A stretch of DNA of 63,226 nucleotides, counting the filler, from Choristocarpus tenellus KU-1152 (Eukaryota; Protista; Phaeophyceae), in the NCBI GenBank assembly GCA_964200185.2. It is 10 parts of 10 records of this genome, joined end to end, with 100 filler letters (N's around TTAATTAATTAA, not from the genome) between each part and the next. Parts side by side here need not be neighbours in the genome. Positions count along the whole stretch, not along the records: positions 55,985 to 63,226 come from CAXNAD020006476.1; 9 more parts are not named here. One strand, 5' to 3'. Numbering within the stretch: position 1 is the stretch's first letter; every line of letters starts with the position of its first letter. Positions 62,000-63,226 of the stretch are shown here, piece by piece. A program made the position numbers and the translations under genes. The notes beneath the pieces were generated by a model that worked only from the letters and a program-made list of their open reading frames with translations, was not told the origin of the DNA and did no database searches.

Positions 62000-63200
62000 A
62001 TATATATTGGTGTTGCAGACGTTCAACAAATTGTGTTCAATTACGACACCATCACACACACTACCTTACCGGAAGCCCTTGGACACATCGACCATAATTT
62101 CTGGGAACCTCTTCAAGATTTGCCGAGTCAGGTCTGACCAGCCCAGTGGCTCCTGTTGGACTCAGATATACAATACACTTTCACCTCACCAACTTGATCC
62201 CAGCAAAGAGGCTGAGCCTTCAATGCTTGAAACTATCCCCAACAGTCCTCAGCTACAAGTGCAAAGTCCAGGAGTCACATCGCCCAAGTCGTGTAATTTC
62301 CATCCTCATGCTTGGAAGTGTCACAAACACTTTGAACGCATTGCTCTTTCTAGCAATGGGATTACCTCATATTACCACGATCCCTTTTCACACGCACTTT
62401 TAATCCTCCCACCTAGAACCCTCAATTGTGCCCTGCTGCCTAATCACGACCATTGCCACTCTCTCACTCTATCACGACCATATCTCTGTTCAATTCTTCC
62501 ACTGTTGCCGATTTGTTGTCCCCATCATCAATTACTAAGACCCATTACCCACTGGTACATCATCTTCCCCGACCTTAGCTCTTGCAAAGGTCCCCCAATT
62601 GTCAACAGTCCTCGCAGCCAGCTGAAATATACTTCCTCCTCATTATCATTCCAAGATATAAATTGTGTACACTTCTTTTGTATCGTTTCCTCTGTTTTCT
62701 GAGAATTACTGAGAATTACTGAGCCAGGTCCCCCCATTGACCACCTTCTCTCTTCATCCCTTGTGACAGTCTCCTTAGGGTTACCAAATCAGCCCGTCCT
62801 TTCCGAGGTCTTTGACCATTTTTCAGTCACGAACAAGAGTATGCCTCCAAAGTCCTCTGGACTGCCGATTTTCTTGATAAGTCGGACAATGCCATCAACT
62901 AGACACAGGAGATATCAGCTGTTTGGTCTGCCAGCATACAAGGCAAAAATTGCTGATAACAAACAGCATAAGCTTAGCTCAACATACCATCAACAGCCTA
63001 TTTCAAAGAAGTCTCTGCACATACCTCCGATTCAACGGCCCTGACTAGATCCTTGGCTTCCAAGATCTCGTCACCCCCTCTACCATCTAGATACACCTCT
63101 TACAAAAACATCTCGCTGGTTCTCAGCTAGCCAAGAGATGCGAATATGCCTGAGACCGCGTTCCAGCCCCAACAAAACCCCAACATCCCCACCACCACAA
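62000..63200 (-). pseudogene. Possible tyrosine recombinase relic of a DIRS-like element
   Basis: Faint match to the HSLRxGG...GRWxS...Y spacing near 62150-62280; very degraded. Confidence 0.35.
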
Positions 63201-63226
63201 AAACCAAAAAAAGAACCACTAACCCA

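Noticed and set aside
61929-62702. 257-aa plus-strand ORF
   Set aside because: No recognisable domain, begins across a (TA)n tract, and is more likely the antisense of a degraded element

Overview
Eukaryotic, intron-rich, transposon-saturated DNA. It is not contiguous: ten contigs are joined by nine artificial 100-bp linkers (44 N + TTAATTAATTAA + 44 N), so neighbourhoods across linkers mean nothing. GT-AG introns, TTAGGG repeats, a possible signal + AAF-type plastid-targeting leader and the RTE/CRE/DIRS relic motifs point to a photosynthetic stramenopile, most likely a brown alga or close relative (inference). Host genes reconstructed by splice phase: a complete 3-exon membrane protein (265 aa), five diacylglycerol kinase exons, a Ser/Thr kinase (8 clean exons plus one stop-riddled candidate exon), one DNA gyrase B exon, a very long exon with dispersed C2-like strands, two exons of an unknown gene and a multi-exon pseudogene. 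The rest is nested mobile DNA: related MITE families with mostly 3-bp TNT/ANA target duplications, three LTR families, and Gypsy, Copia, DIRS, RTE, CRE-like and Tc1-like relics. The most striking observation is a 53-nt copy of the 3' half of tRNA-Ser(GCU) in primer-binding-site position, 1 nt after an LTR end. It runs past A58 and stops at U33, next to the m3C32 position. Other notable points are CpG-island-like patches in CpG-depleted DNA, dense intronic telomeric tracts and a triple-stop symmetric exon. All alignments and counts were done by eye; no database searches were run.
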